From positions 124,001 to 188,000 of the forward strand of contig JAQGDQ010000130.1 in assembly GCA_030141605.1 (NCBI GenBank): DNA of 64,000 nt, in the 5' to 3' direction. The notes beneath the pieces were generated by a model. The model was not told the origin of the DNA. It did not search any database and saw only the letters and a list, made by a program, of their open reading frames with translations. A program made the position numbers and the translations under genes. This DNA is from Tubiluchus corallicola. Its lineage: Eukaryota > Animalia > Priapulida. Shown here in pieces: positions 28,896-43,100 of this stretch; positions within the stretch are counted from its first letter, which is position 1, and each line of letters opens with the position of its first letter.

Positions 28896-30299
28896 CTAAA
28901 ACAAGAAAGTACCAAAAGTTACTTACTACTTTATTAAACCAAAAATACAAGAAGAAAATAAACTAAGTATCAGGTAAAAAAGTGTACCATAAACAAAAAA
29001 GGGCTTCCAAACAAAAAAGATATTGTAAACATTTGCATCCCTCTTAATTTTGTGGTACATTGGGGTGAGAGAAACACTGCCAGATACTAGAGGCCTAAAA
29101 TGGGAGCCAACGAAACGATTTCTGTGCTTAATTTGCATTCCAAACAATTTTGCCAAAAATTTGCATAAAATAAAGATAAAAAATGTGTAAGCAGCTACTA
29201 AAGTACTAAACAGTGCACAATGTACAAAAGTTACACAAAAACCAGATTATAGAAGTTTAACAAAGACGAACAGTTTTAAGACATTGCTATTTTAGATTGC
29301 AACTTTGGTTTGCATATTTATCTATCTTATGCTTTCTAAACCAAACTTGGCTGAAAGGGACAAAGCGCAAAATATCTGAATTAAGCCTGCACTTAAAACA
29401 AAGGCCTTTTTTGGACTACAAGTCAAATGCCATCACTGCTATACCTGGCATTTCCTTCCTTTAGGCCAGGCTTGGTTTCAAAAATTTAATTGTTGGGGAT
29501 TTCTTCCAATGTTAGTAATAACCTTCCAATCAAGACTACAAGTAATTATTAAACAAAAAAGAGTTTTTGTGACAGTGAAACTGTTACTATAAAAACAGCA
29601 AAATACTCTTGAAAACTTCTAACTAAAACTTATACACAACTCTACACTCAGTAACGAATGTATCCTGCAGCATCTTACACAAGGATGGGCAGTGTCTCTG
29701 ATTTTTCCACCACAGTGAGTATGACTACACAATTTTCAAGTAATGCAAATTATCCAGCTTGAAGAGAACTAAAATGTGTAGCTATCTCTTTAATACATGC
29801 TATAGAAAAATGAACAGAAACACTATAAACCACTACCTTAAAAAGTTAAATATTTTTGAAATCATGTGCAAATTAAACACAGTCACACAACTTGTCCTTG
29901 ATGTTTTAAGGTTGCATGATTTTTGGAGCTAATTAGTTACACACACAGCTAAATACGTCAAGTTAAGACACACTAAAGGATAGGCAAAAAAAGATAAATT
30001 TACTGCATGAAATAAAAATAATAATGCAGTAATTGGAAATCACCAGTTAATTGGTGTGACAATTTCTAGCCTTATCCTGAATGTCCCACTTCCAAAATCG
30101 ATGACTTGAAAACATGTATATTTTCATGTCACCTGAAAAAACCTTAAAAATTGGTAGTACAATTATGTTTTGTTTTTGCAGTTTTTTAGCCAACGTGTTG
30201 ATAGGTTGGAGAGGCCTTTAAAATGGCACTATGGTTACATGTCACAAAACAACAGAATTTAAGCAGGAAAGCAAATCATCTCATCCAAATGAACATTAC

Positions 30300-30623
30300 C
30301 GTTTTAAAAGGCTTAATCTTCGTCTGCATTGCAAAGTTGAATTTACAAAGTTCACAACTTTTCGTGTCTGAGCTCTTTATCCACTGCTGTAGGCACTCTT
30401 GATGCACCCATTTCAGTGTCCCGGAACAATAACACGGAGATATCAATGGCATCACCTCATCCCCCTCACAGTGGCATATGCGACATATGTCAACTCCAGT
30501 CGTGGTGGATGAGGCAGATTCTAACTTGTCCGCATGCTCGGACAGAGGGCCTGGCTTAGCAGTCGCAGAGTTCGTTTCTAGCGTGATCACCTCCATTGGG
30601 CATAACTCGCCGGGCTGCAGCAT
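30300..30623 (-). CDS. MARCHF8: MARCH1/8-like E3 ligase, RING-CH exon
   Basis: [43 protein letters not shown] (C4HC3). Acceptor ccctag|GAG ATG; donor ACG|gtaatg in phase 0. 247 aa if this ATG is the start; upstream coding exons are not excluded. Confidence 0.95.
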
Positions 30624-33600
30624 CTCCTAGGGAAATAATAAAAATCAAAAATCATATTGATAGTTTAGCAATGACACACAAGCAAAGTATACAAGAAAAG
30701 CATTTACAACAGCAAAGCATAGGCCTAATTATTACCATAATGAAACTGTAAAAATGGTCTGGATTTTTCAGTGAAAACTTAATTTAAAAGCCCTTACAAC
30801 TCTATCAGCAACTTCTATCAACTGCTTTTTATAAAAACCACAATGCTGGGTACATTTTAGAACTAACACAACAGACATCTGTACGCAGCGTTTTATGGAG
30901 TCTCCCGGGGTTAGCTTTCTATAAACTCACTGCCTCAGTTCACACAAGACACCTCAGGCAAAGTTATTTTGCTTCACACTAGCAATTTCACAAAAGACTT
31001 GAGCGAAACTGATTAGTTGACCAGTTTTATACAACTTCATGCATTGCTAATACATCACGAACCTGTTAACATTTTAACATCTGCACTATTTTGTAAACAG
31101 TTTATGAACCACCTGAACTCATAGTAGCGAAATCTATATCGCAAAAAAACAAAGATTAATATCAAACATAAACCCCTGTGATTTAACATTTTGCACATAC
31201 ATATGTAACACATATTAAGTGAAATAAATATGGCGCAAAAATGCGATAAGCACCACAAAAAATCTTTAATTGCAAGATTAATTACAAATTTGATATCAAC
31301 AATATTTGTATGTGTGTATCTGAGATCTCCATTACAGGTCCCAAAACAAAGTACCAAATACCGCTTGTTATTTTTGTTATCACTTATTTGGTAGTAGTAC
31401 AATACACAATACATTCAGAAGTACAAATACATAAATTTCTACTCCTAAATGTACAAATAAATTTACAAGTAGTACAAATGACAAAAGTACAATTATACAA
31501 TTAGCGCAACAGTAACAAAATTTTGATAATTAACAAGCTAGTACATATGTTAAACAATAGTTAATTTCCTGACTATTTAAACCAGGTAAAGGCTATCATA
31601 CAACAGTAATTCTTTGGCAACTGATTAACAATGTCTCTTTTTCTGACACGGCAGTTATATTTGATTCTTAATTATATTACATGTGTCCATTGTTGAATTA
31701 AAAACAACATTTATATAGACTGCTGATTTAGCATAGCTTAAAACAAAGAGGTGATGACAAATTACTTAAAAGCATTATTGGTACAAGCCTTTATTGTTGG
31801 TACGTATGGATCGACCATAATAGCAACTAAGACATAAGAACGGTAGGGACGGAAGAATAAGGTTTACTTCAGTGACAAAATGTAATAAAAACCTCAATTT
31901 GTACAGTAACTATACGGGTATGGAGTACTGATACTGTACTAGCTCACTACAACACATTTACTGGCTCACCACAGTAGTCAGTTGTGCAATCATTTCTCAC
32001 CCACTCCCCAACGCAATGCAAGGCTTCTGTGGTTGCTATGGTAACACTGCAAATGCTGCATAATAACCGGCTTAGATGTGGAAATCAAAAAGAATATCTC
32101 AGTGGCTGAGATTTAAAGTGAATAACAATAATATCGCGTTGGTCTTATTTCCAAAGAAGTCATAGAAGCCAAGCAGCAGGAAGCAACGAGCGCCCAGCAA
32201 AAAATAACAACAGCTGCTCGAACTGAGAAATCTCGCTTTGGGAATGTACAGGCCGATCGGAAAAAGTAACATCAGCATGCAGTTGTTCTAGCTGCACAAA
32301 ATAACTTCTGAATTGAGAACTGGTGACGTTCAGCACATATAGGGTGAAAACGAAAAAACTATTACCAACTGTTTCAATTGCATTCAGGGAACGCCAGGAT
32401 GTGAGTTTAATAACTCTCATTCATTACGGTGTCAGGGCGAAATGTTAAACAGTGACGCATCAAGGTCGTCAAATTTGCCATATCTTTTGTGCGTCAAGAT
32501 GTCCTCTTTTGCGTTGAAGCTTCAGTTTCATAAGCCTGCGGTTTTTTCAGTTTTCATTAAGAGAATTCAGGTTGCAACTTGACACTAACTGACACAAAAG
32601 ACACGCACACACAGACAAACAGTCTTCTTGCTGACAGAAAAGCAACAGATACAGCGTCATAAGTAAAGATACGCCATCACGTGTTACGTGACACTGTTAC
32701 GCATTACCAAGTCAACAAAACTGGAAAGGTAAGATATTTAAACAAAGCAACATTTTGATGTACCAAGCAGCAGGCCTAGCCGCCTACCGTATTATCAAAA
32801 TGATCACTAACGTTCAGTCATAATCGTAATTTCCCCTCCCGTAATCAAACACTCACAGCCATAGATTACTGAACAGTCTTCAACACATGGTCGACAGGAC
32901 AGAAGGAAATTATTTCAATTAAGCTAAATTTATATCATTACGTTCTCATCATTCTTTCTTTGACCTTGTTGTATAATGCTGCCACCTACAGACACTTTTC
33001 TTACAATGGGAAAATCTTGCTCTTTAATCTTTTAAATTCAAATTCAGTTTATCTGACTCTTCAGGGTACATGTATGCATATTGTCTAACCTTTTTTCATA
33101 CCTGAACTAGCTTCACATGTATTTCCAAGCTGTAATCATGTAGACAGATACTTCAAACTCAATATATGTGTATTTTTTATTCTTCGAGGCACACGCATAT
33201 TTCAATAATTAGGGGTGTAGCACCCATTAGTCGAATCCCTACACAGCGCGCCCATTTATGTTCGTGGACACCTCCTTAGACAAAGAAAATGAAAGTGAAG
33301 CTTAAGCGTCCCCTGGGGGGGACAAGGATGAGCCATGGCTTTTAAAAGCAAATTATGAAAGCGATTTATCATAATTTTTAACGTATCCAGACTTAAACGG
33401 GACGTTATTAAAATCCGCTCTAAAATCGCCATTCCCGAAGCAGTTATTCTGAAACACTTTAGTTGCATTTGCTACATAACGTTTGAATATAGCCTGTTTA
33501 TAGTGATATTTCTTTAGATAGCAATTTTGTTATACAATACCGTAGCATCGTTGTTCAATAAGTACCTGGTTTTCAGGGGATCAGTCACTAGGGACTGGTA

Positions 33601-34369
33601 CGTCTGACTGGTACCTTAGGCATAACCTGTCAGTCTTCCAAAAACCAAGAAAATCAATAAGCAAGACAACTAAATCATTCTAATGTGCAGAAGCAAAGGG
33701 TGTACACCATCAACTACCAAAGACTGACAAACCGACACACTGAGCACATTTACTGCCACAACTAGAAAAATAAACAGGAGCTTGGTGTGTGAACGTTCCT
33801 GAACAGGAAGAAAAATGCTACAAACAACATGTCCAACCAGCCTAGCAGTTAAGGACATGGAACACCAGGCACGATCTAGCAGATTTAGCAGCTTAGAATG
33901 TGGTCGTTTAGCGTTAACTCAGAAAAATTTTAAAAGCTTTTAATTATTCCTAACGAACTGGCAGTCAACCGTATATTAAAACAATCCACACGTAACCACT
34001 TGAAAATTTACGAATTATTACAAAGCTGGGAAGGAAAAGTTAACTAGCCGTGAAACTTAATGAATTGGAATCTTGCAAAACTACCGTCATCAAATTATAT
34101 AACCATAAATGCATAAAAAAAAGAACCAACATCATTACCAAATGGACGCTGACTGCGTCATTCATGGCAAAATTCTAAAAAACCACGGATCTTGTACAAA
34201 GAGTAACACCAGTGAATTGCATATTTTTCTATTTCTGACACAAAAACTAGAAAGTAAAACTATTGCACATAAAAATACAAATTGGAAAGGATTTTGTTTT
34301 TGTTTAAAGATTGGCACTCTTGTACTCAATGACAAGCTCTCCGCCCCCAAGACAGGCAGACACAGCAGA

Positions 34370-34450
34370 CGCAGAGCTTTTATTTCAGAATTCTGCCCGC
34401 CCGATGTCTACAATAGACACGCGGGCAAAGATGATGATGATGATGATGAC
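34370..34450 (+). mobile_element. Short copy of the (GAT)n-tailed retroposon
   Basis: cttttatttcagaattctgcccgcccgatgtctacaatagac...(gat)7. Confidence 0.65.
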
Positions 34451-35221
34451 AAGGTCTACTACACTGCTTAATAAATGTGGCAGGGCCGGAATCTAGATGA
34501 TCAAAAATAGTCCTAATTGAAAGTAATTTTCCTGAAGGTCAGTCACCCACCCATTTACTAACCAGATTCAGTCTGCTTAAGTACCTAGGTTTGCTCACTA
34601 ACTACATACACTGTGAACACCATACGCAATTAAACATTAAGATGTTCCTATAGAAAAGCAAGCAAAATAACATTGCACTAGTTGAAACAAAGTAGCTTGT
34701 AGTGGAAATAGAAACACACAAAAAACAAGTATAAATTGTGCTCATTTAAAATTAAATGTCAGACGCCACCAGTAATTACATACTGTCATGCACACTGCAT
34801 GCACGCGCGTAGGGGTACCCACACGGATGCACGAAAACACACCCAAGCACTAAGAGTGCCATTTATATCGCGCCCCGACATTTACAAAGCAACAAAAACT
34901 TTACAAATTACCATTATTTTTGAAACGAGTTGCTGCTCATATTGCAAGTAATTTTGTTAAGTGGTAGAGTTGGAAATAACTCGGCAGACAGTAATCTAAC
35001 TGGTGATCACAATGTGCATTAATGTAAAGTTAATAACGTGCGCAATTTCAGTTAAGTAACGTTTTCACTTTCAATTAAACGCGATGAAACGCAATTAGGA
35101 GTTATAGGGACTGTAAATGATGTAACCTTTGAGCTTGGCTTCTCTCGTACAACAGACAGTTTTCTCTGAAAATAACATAGTAGACATTTTACAACTCATA
35201 CTTTAAAAATGCCAAATTGGT

Positions 35222-35236
35222 AGGTCACTCTGACCA
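35222..35236. promoter_or_regulatory. IR3 palindrome AGGTCA-ctc-TGACCA (ERE-like consensus)
   Basis: Motif match only. Confidence 0.3.
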
Positions 35237-35400
35237 GCTCTAAACATTACATGATGACTTTTAGAAAGACCACGAAAAAGACGCCATGTCGGTTTATTTC
35301 TGCGTGGCAGCTGTGACTCATTTGCTATACTGCTTCAACTATTTCTCAACTATGTTGCTTATAATAGCATTCAGCAGTCCATGATCCACTATTCACAAAC

Positions 35401-35590
35401 AGTGAGGTGATGATGTTAACTGCCCATTGTTCTCCAGCAATGATGTGATGATGTCAGCAGCCCATTGTTCTCCAGTAAAGAAGTGACAGTGTTAGCAGCC
35501 ATTGTTCTCTAGCAATGAGGTAATGATGTTTGCAGTAGACTTTTCTCTAGCAGCGAGGCGCCAATGTCAGCAACTCATTGTTCTCTAAGC
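35401..35590. repeat. Degenerate minisatellite, about 38 bp x5
   Basis: gaggtgatgatgt...gcccattgttctccagca units. Confidence 0.85.
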
Positions 35591-38500
35591 CATTTTATTA
35601 TAACAAACCAAAGAGTTTGCAAAGCGAACAAGATAATTTTATACATAAGCCCACTGATAAGGAGAACCAGTCTACAATACATCATTTACTGTCAAAAAAG
35701 GTTGAAAAAACACAAGACCTGAAGAAAGGGAACAGCATTCGTGACAGCCGTCAAAATACGGAAACCATCGAAGCAATTCTAACTTTGAGCCGACATTGAA
35801 GATTTCTGCAGAAAGCAAACAGGCAGAAAGTCATTTGAAGAGACCAAACCACTTCTTGTGTTCTTAATGAAACTGTTCCAGCTGCTAGTTATGAACAGAA
35901 TTTGACCACTTATTGGATTTAATGAGCGTCTCCGGCAGTCTCGGTCTGGGGTATATATAACAGTATTGATTACGATAGCCTGCCGTGCAAGTGTGCAGAG
36001 CAGATAGGCAGGAATGTAGTGAAAATCTCCCACTACTACACACAGGATTATGGCCTACTGTAGCTCCCAGAAAGCTGCGCTTCAGGAAATTTATAATACG
36101 CACTTTTTTTTCTCAAAATTTCTTGCATTTCTAAACTTGAGCAGCTGTTATCTCCAAGCCCAACGAAGCCACGAATGAACTTAGAAGTAAATCTAGTGAT
36201 TACAGACCCGATCAATTTTGGCCATAAAGTGCTGGTGGCGTTGACAAGTTTGCGTTAATGAAAATGATTGCACGTCTACAGCCATGACTACTGTAGTAAT
36301 TTGTCACATTAATAGAGAAAATGTGTGGCATACAAACTTCTACAGCAATCAACAATGAACTACTGATCGCCTAGAATAGTTTCAGTATTGCTTTGCAATG
36401 CACTGCAGAACTGCTGATAACCTAGAATAGTTCCTATACGTCACTAATGTCCACAGTACACTGAAGACGAAAATCAAGAAATCACGCTGAAAGTTAGATA
36501 TCACCAGCAAGTTAAATACGAATTATCTGCAACAGTACTTCATTTATCTATCATCTGTTTCAACAGTTAGATCTAATAAGATCAAACTAATATCATTTAT
36601 TAGCTGAAAACAGTGTCTCCTGACTCCTGAGTGTACAATGTATTCGTGTAAAGTCGAGCAGCCCCTTAACGACAGAAAAATTCGTTTTACAAGATTTCAG
36701 AAACAAGATGGATCAATGTTTTGGCATGAGCCGTTTGGCTACAATTTTCTGCTAACAACAGAACCCTTTTAGCTTCCATTGTGCTTTTTGTAAAACGGTT
36801 TTATAGCGACCTTTTCTGCAAAAGCATTTGGTTATTGCAAGAGTTGCGAGGTCATGTTTTGGCGAAAAAATTAAGAAATATAATTTCACTAGAACGTCTA
36901 GCGAAACACAAAACATAAAATATATTGTCTTGAGGAGGAAGTACTGCATTATACAGTCTTTCGGCATAAATTTTAGTACTATATACCAAGATAAACAAAA
37001 AACTAACCAAGCAATAAAGAATTACTTAACATTATTTGGGCACTTATTGGGCACCGTCTATTTATTTTTGGACAGCAAATGTAGTGCAATGATCTAATAA
37101 TTATACATGTACACATTCTAGGGCTTGCTCACATGGTTGGTTAAACATAAATGTAGAATTGCCAAGAGTAGCGCTGGCTCTAACACCCTGAAAAAGCGTG
37201 AAAGAATATCTCAAGTTGATCAACAGATTATTTATGTAAACTTCATCTTCATACTTTTTGAAAGATGGTCTAAGGTCACTTCTAGGTGCGTCACTTGTGG
37301 GCTAAAAACTATAAAAATTACCAACCAATGACTTGCAATTGCCATCTGTGATCTTCAGACTTCAAGTGACCTTTGATGTCACCTAAGCTTACATGAGTTA
37401 ATTAGTTGAACTTGCCCCAAATCAAGCTTTCAGAAGATAAGCCATGCTCACATATATCAAAATCAAATTTTTCAACATCGTTCCCCCTCTCAAAATCCAC
37501 ACCCATAAGTTCTTGGACACTTAACTGTACCTTGCTGAAAGCTTTTATGCAATACATCCTTAAAGCACACTTTGCACATTGTACATTAAAGCTTACATGT
37601 TAGCCCCACTTCACTAGAAACCTATCACTAAACATGCCAATACCGTGAAAATGGTCCAGAATTGCTAGAAAGTCAAAGTCGTCACAGTCCGATGGCTTGA
37701 CCAATGTCCAGATTAAGGGAAACTCTGACCTGATATAGACACAAGTCGCATATATGAACACTTGTAAATTTTCTAACGCAGAACTCCTAAATATCTTAAA
37801 CTAGTTTAAATAAAGGTCTTGTGAACATTATCCCCTGCTATCGATAACTACAGTGGAACCATGACGTAAATGATAACGAGAAAACGATCAAAATACCCTT
37901 CTAACTGTGATTGCAAGGTGTTTTCCTTTTATCAGCAACTTCTTTCAGGAGAAAGGTACTTACAGTTCGCAATTTTGATTTACAGTCTAAGATTAGAATG
38001 TTTAGTTAGACGCCAAATATTATCCAAGTTGTTATGGCAACGCGTTGTACTTGAAAAGCCCCAGAGCAACACCCTTAGAAATCAATTCACGTAATATGTT
38101 ATCACACTTAGTTTTTCCTCACACGCTTGTATCAAAATAAAATTAATCATCGGAATTAAATTGCAATTTAGCACAAACGTGACTGAAAAATGACAAAGCA
38201 GCTACGTTGTTACGCATGCAAAACAAAAGTTCATGCTTTGAGATAATGGTCAAATGTTTGCTTTTTTACACAAATCGCCACATGTAAGGCCAATGTCCCT
38301 CAGGGTTGCAGAGCTGTAGTAAGAAGGTGAAAATATTAAAGGGCAGTCGAGAAAAAATAGAATTCTTGTAACTAACTAACTAGTGATGGAGGTATCTGTT
38401 AATGTTATGGTTGTTATTATTCTTCTTTGCTTTTTATTTTATTTGTTTACTAAAAATAGTATTAAAATCAGAGGTTAGTGGCAGGACAGAATAAGTTGTT

Positions 38501-39144
38501 TTTACTTATTTAATAATAAAAAAAATCTGTTTTGAAGAATTAGCTAAGCAAACATCACTGAAAACGAAACAAAATTCATGATAACCTCTAAGTTAATTTT
38601 TTCATTCATTCATTTTTGTAATTTTTGGCTACTCCTGCTTTTAAACATCTACGAATATTTTCATTTCAACCATTATAACAAACACGTATTGTATCAAAAA
38701 ACATTACTAATCATGTACATCTAATCTCTACACAGACACAACGCACGCGCGCATGCATTAACTTTGTTTTTAATAACTTGATACAGCAACGCAGTTTAAC
38801 AGACTTAAATGAGACGAAGAAAAAGCTCTTGGCTGGCTTTATTTCCACACCAATCTAAACATAGACCCAGCTGATGCCATGAATAGAAACAGGGTAGGTG
38901 GATTGGAATTCGGATGAGAAGCACATGCAAACTGAAAACATGGACTACTTGTTTTTCAAGTTCAACTCAGACTCATTACTCATCAATTTATATGTTCACA
39001 AATCGGTTAGGTAAATAATAAGAAATAAATCAGTAAGCAAGAAGAATCCTAAAGTAAAGCACAAGTAATATGAAATTCAGCCACTTGGCACACAACAAAA
39101 ATTACCACTATTTCTATAGCCCACCTAGTAATATCTGTCAGGAG

Positions 39145-39189
39145 TGACCTTCGAATGACCTTAAGGATGGACTTAAATGACCCAGTTCA
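39145..39189 (-). promoter_or_regulatory. Nuclear-receptor half-site cluster including a perfect DR5
   Basis: TGACCT-tcgaa-TGACCT, then TGGACT-taaa-TGACCC-AGTTCA; motif match only. Confidence 0.35.
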
Positions 39190-40019
39190 AAAAAAAAATA
39201 TTATAAGTTAAAATCTTTAGGTCCAGGAGCAAATAGATAAATAGAAATTTTTAAATTTTTAGCCCAAGCGTCAACACCTTTTCATTTTTCAGTGGAAAGT
39301 AACGAATAAACTAAATCCATGCCCTACTCCATTCCGTTGCTCATGGCAGGACTGGCATCTATCTCATAATCAAGAATAATCCTCTAAGACTGTTCACTGA
39401 GCCAGCAGGTGTTTTCAGTTTGTGCATGAATTCTCCCTCTACGAAAATAAATACGAAATTTATGCTAAAAATAAACAAACTTGTACCTAAGTATACGAAA
39501 TAGATTACACAAAACTTTTAGACAGAAAATCTTAACCTGAATGCAAATGATTTCGGTGCAACACAGAAAGATAAAGAATTCAGTTCACTCAGTGACTGAA
39601 CCAAATGCAACTGACAGAACCCAGTTGAGCAGCTGCATGAGAAAGTCCTAGGACATGTGCTGACTTGTCTTTGTTAGATAAAGAAACATAATCCCCGCTC
39701 AACAGCTTTACTTTGTTGATGCATGTGTGAGAAAACATGGCCTCGTTTTAGCTTGTTTTCAACGAATAACACGAGAAGAGTCCTGAATGGTGTCAACTGA
39801 CATGTATAAAGCACTACGACAAACTTTAAACATAATTTAGTAGGATACAGCAACTACGTTAGCTGATAAACTTGATTATTAAATAACACATATCACATAT
39901 GTGTTTAATTAATTTATTTACTTACTTATTATATTTAAATATACTATGTTTCCCGAAATTTTTCAGAATTACTATAAATCTATAGCCCAGATGCACAAAT
40001 ATAGTACACAATTTGCATT

Positions 40020-40180
40020 TAATCAAACTTTCTATGTACAAAGATTTAATACTAAGAACCTCTAACTTATCAAGGTGCTTTGTTGTGGAATAATTTGCCT
40101 AATGAATTAAGAAATGGCACCTTTAGCTATTAGATAATTAACTATAAATCCATCCTTATTTCTAATTGCCGTGCGTGACT
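40020..40180 (+). mobile_element. CR1/L2-like LINE 3' remnant
   Basis: Translates to YQGALLWNNLPNELRN. Confidence 0.5.
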
Positions 40181-43100
40181 CTTTCTACTAAGGTAAGCAC
40201 ATGATACAATAGGCTGAATCATAATTAATAATGGGCTTACATAATTCTCAAATCAGTCTTGCAGCTACAACACTTTCTTTTCACCACAATAATTATATTT
40301 TGCCTGCATCACTTTTATTTTTGCTTGCATATGTTTTTCTCGCTACATATATTCATTTTATTATAATATTTTGCTCACTGTTTCAAAGTTATCATTATGT
40401 TTTATTATACTTTTCATTGAGTCATACTGTCTATTTAGTTGCATACTCATATTCCATTGCATATTTTGTTTACTCCATTTCTGCTTCTCTATATTAACTC
40501 TCTTGTTCCGCAATATGGCAATATGCTTGAAAGACATAATTTGATTGAATACTATTAGGCCTACACATTTTTGTTTCATTATATTTAGTTTCATTTTATC
40601 GTGCATATTTTCTTTCTTTTACTGATTTTTTATTTTATGCTTTATTTTCCTGTTTTGGTTCGACTTGAGTTTATAATTTGTTTTAGTTACATGCTTTACA
40701 TATTTGGTTAATCACCATTGCAAATTTTTCATTTTATCATAATGTTTCCTTGTCTCATAGACTATTTAGTTACTTCGCTTTCAAGTTTAATTTCTTCCCA
40801 AATAAATTAATGTTAACAGTCAATTTTCTTATCCTAGTTCATAATTATATTACATGGTATAATTAACAGTGCTGCAATTTTTTTACAATTAACACTAACC
40901 CGAGAAAAATAGCCGACTTGATGACCAATTCATCTTTCGTTACCCTTTCCCTTACACCCCCCCCCCCTCCCTAACTCTTTCCTTTAAGCATAATTTATCC
41001 TGATTAATTATAGCAATTATAGTCTATTTGTATTCTGGTGTAAATGGGCAGATCTTGAGGTTTCATAAGCACTTTTCTAAAAAGTGGATGGAACTGCGGA
41101 TCACCTACAGATGCAAATATCACAAACCAAAATTATTACATTTATTAATATTTTCATGCTTCAAGTAGCTTGAAAGCCATCAGTAAAAGCATAAGGCGAA
41201 TTAAAATCTAATTCACCAGGATTTATTAATATTTGCAGGCAGCTTGGGATACGATTAAGACTAGCTTTTGTGTAATAAAATGTTATAAGCAACAGAAATG
41301 AGCATTTTCATTGATAAGAAACAGTGATTATTTTTTATCATAACAGTGGTAAATTACATGTACATGATAAAATTATAATGTAAGACAATAAGTGAAGGAT
41401 TTGCTTTTATTGGTTACATTAAAGTATTATCTGCCAGCCATATTTCAAGAGAAAGTTGCATTATCGCATTCTTACAGTGTAAAAGTGCCATTAAGCTGGT
41501 TTTGCTTCCCGGAAACTGAAGAACAAACGAGCAGAAAAGTGGAGAAACGAAGAAAAGTCTGCAACTTCTTTAAGTGTAGCAACGGAATTTCACAATAAGT
41601 GAGAATCGTCAATGGGAACTAAAAGCACTGTCCTGCAGAGCAGTTTTCCCTGAATTGCTATGACATCGAAACATTCAAAATACATGTATAGAAGAAGCCA
41701 GTAGGTTCACTGCATGAAAAGGAAAGTCCCTGAAGCTGACAGCAGCACAATTTGAGATTCATACAAGGACTAAGGCAGTGAAAATATGCCAAAGTGACAT
41801 TTAACATGACCGTATTGAAATTAGTATGAAAATATCCAGCAAACAGTAGGAAAGTGATGAATAGCACCTTCGGAAGGTATTGTGGATGGGAGGTGGACCT
41901 TTGGTAAACATGGTAACAATTATTCCCCAAAAAAGGTGGTAAACTGGTAAACAGCAGTGAGGACCGTTAGGCTCAACCGTTTAAAACAAGTTTAGATAAC
42001 TCTGAGTAAAGTTTGAAAAAATCATCAAAGCATTCGTGCACAATCTTTGCTGACTAAGCAAAAGTACTAATTACTTGATATTGTCAGTAAGATCAATAAT
42101 GTGTTTTTGCTGAATAGGTGGTGCACACTGGGATGGCGATGTAGTGCTGTTCTACCAGACGGCATTTTAAATCATCAAGAATTTTTTCCCCAAATACGTA
42201 AGTTTTTCAAACAAGTAAGCAAAATGTTTAGTAATATAACTTTGTATAGAAAGTTCTTTAGGATATATTTTAAAATTCTCTTGAAACCCAAAAAGTCCAG
42301 GACAATATCATCTTAAACGAAGCTCAAACGCGAATATCCTGGAAAAAGCAGGTGGTGGCAGCTTAACCACGGGAGAGTGGGGCACGTAAACAATAAAATT
42401 TGTTCAAACAAACTCTTTATGCTCATGTACTACGTTCCTTAGTACCGCCGGAAGTGGTGAATTATTTCTTAGCATGTGCTTCTAATTTTGCTAATGTGCT
42501 AAGCTAAACAACCGCCCAAGTCGCTGAAGCTATATAAGCTAGCGGCAGTTATATATACGAGCCTTCCCAGCAATCCATTGAAAGATTATTCCCAATTCAC
42601 TTCTAACTGTTAGTTACTTAGGCTATCTCAATAGAGTAAATATTTATAAACAGTTTTTTTATGATCCATCTAGTACATGTGTAAATCCTATTTTACAATA
42701 TGGCCAACATAGTAAATTTTCAAATGGCACAAAACTCCAAATATTCGACTTTCATTTTCCTATCAATAATCTCAAATCTATTATAAAAAAACACGTACAT
42801 CACAATACAACATATTATAGAAAATAGAGCTCACAGCTGAAAAAGTGGGCTATAGTAAACATAGCTCATTTAAAGTGAATCCAAAGCCACAGTATCACAA
42901 GCAAATAAAAGATACAATAGGGAAAAACACTGTCCAGATTGTTAACTGTTACACCAAACAATGTGACTAGCTGCAAATAGTGCGTGAAAAGTTCTGTCAT
43001 TTTCTCATACTTGCTATGCAAAATGTAAATAACTGGAGTTACCAAATGACACAAAACAATCAGAGAAAAAATGCAAGTCAATGCCTATTGTGACTCTGAG

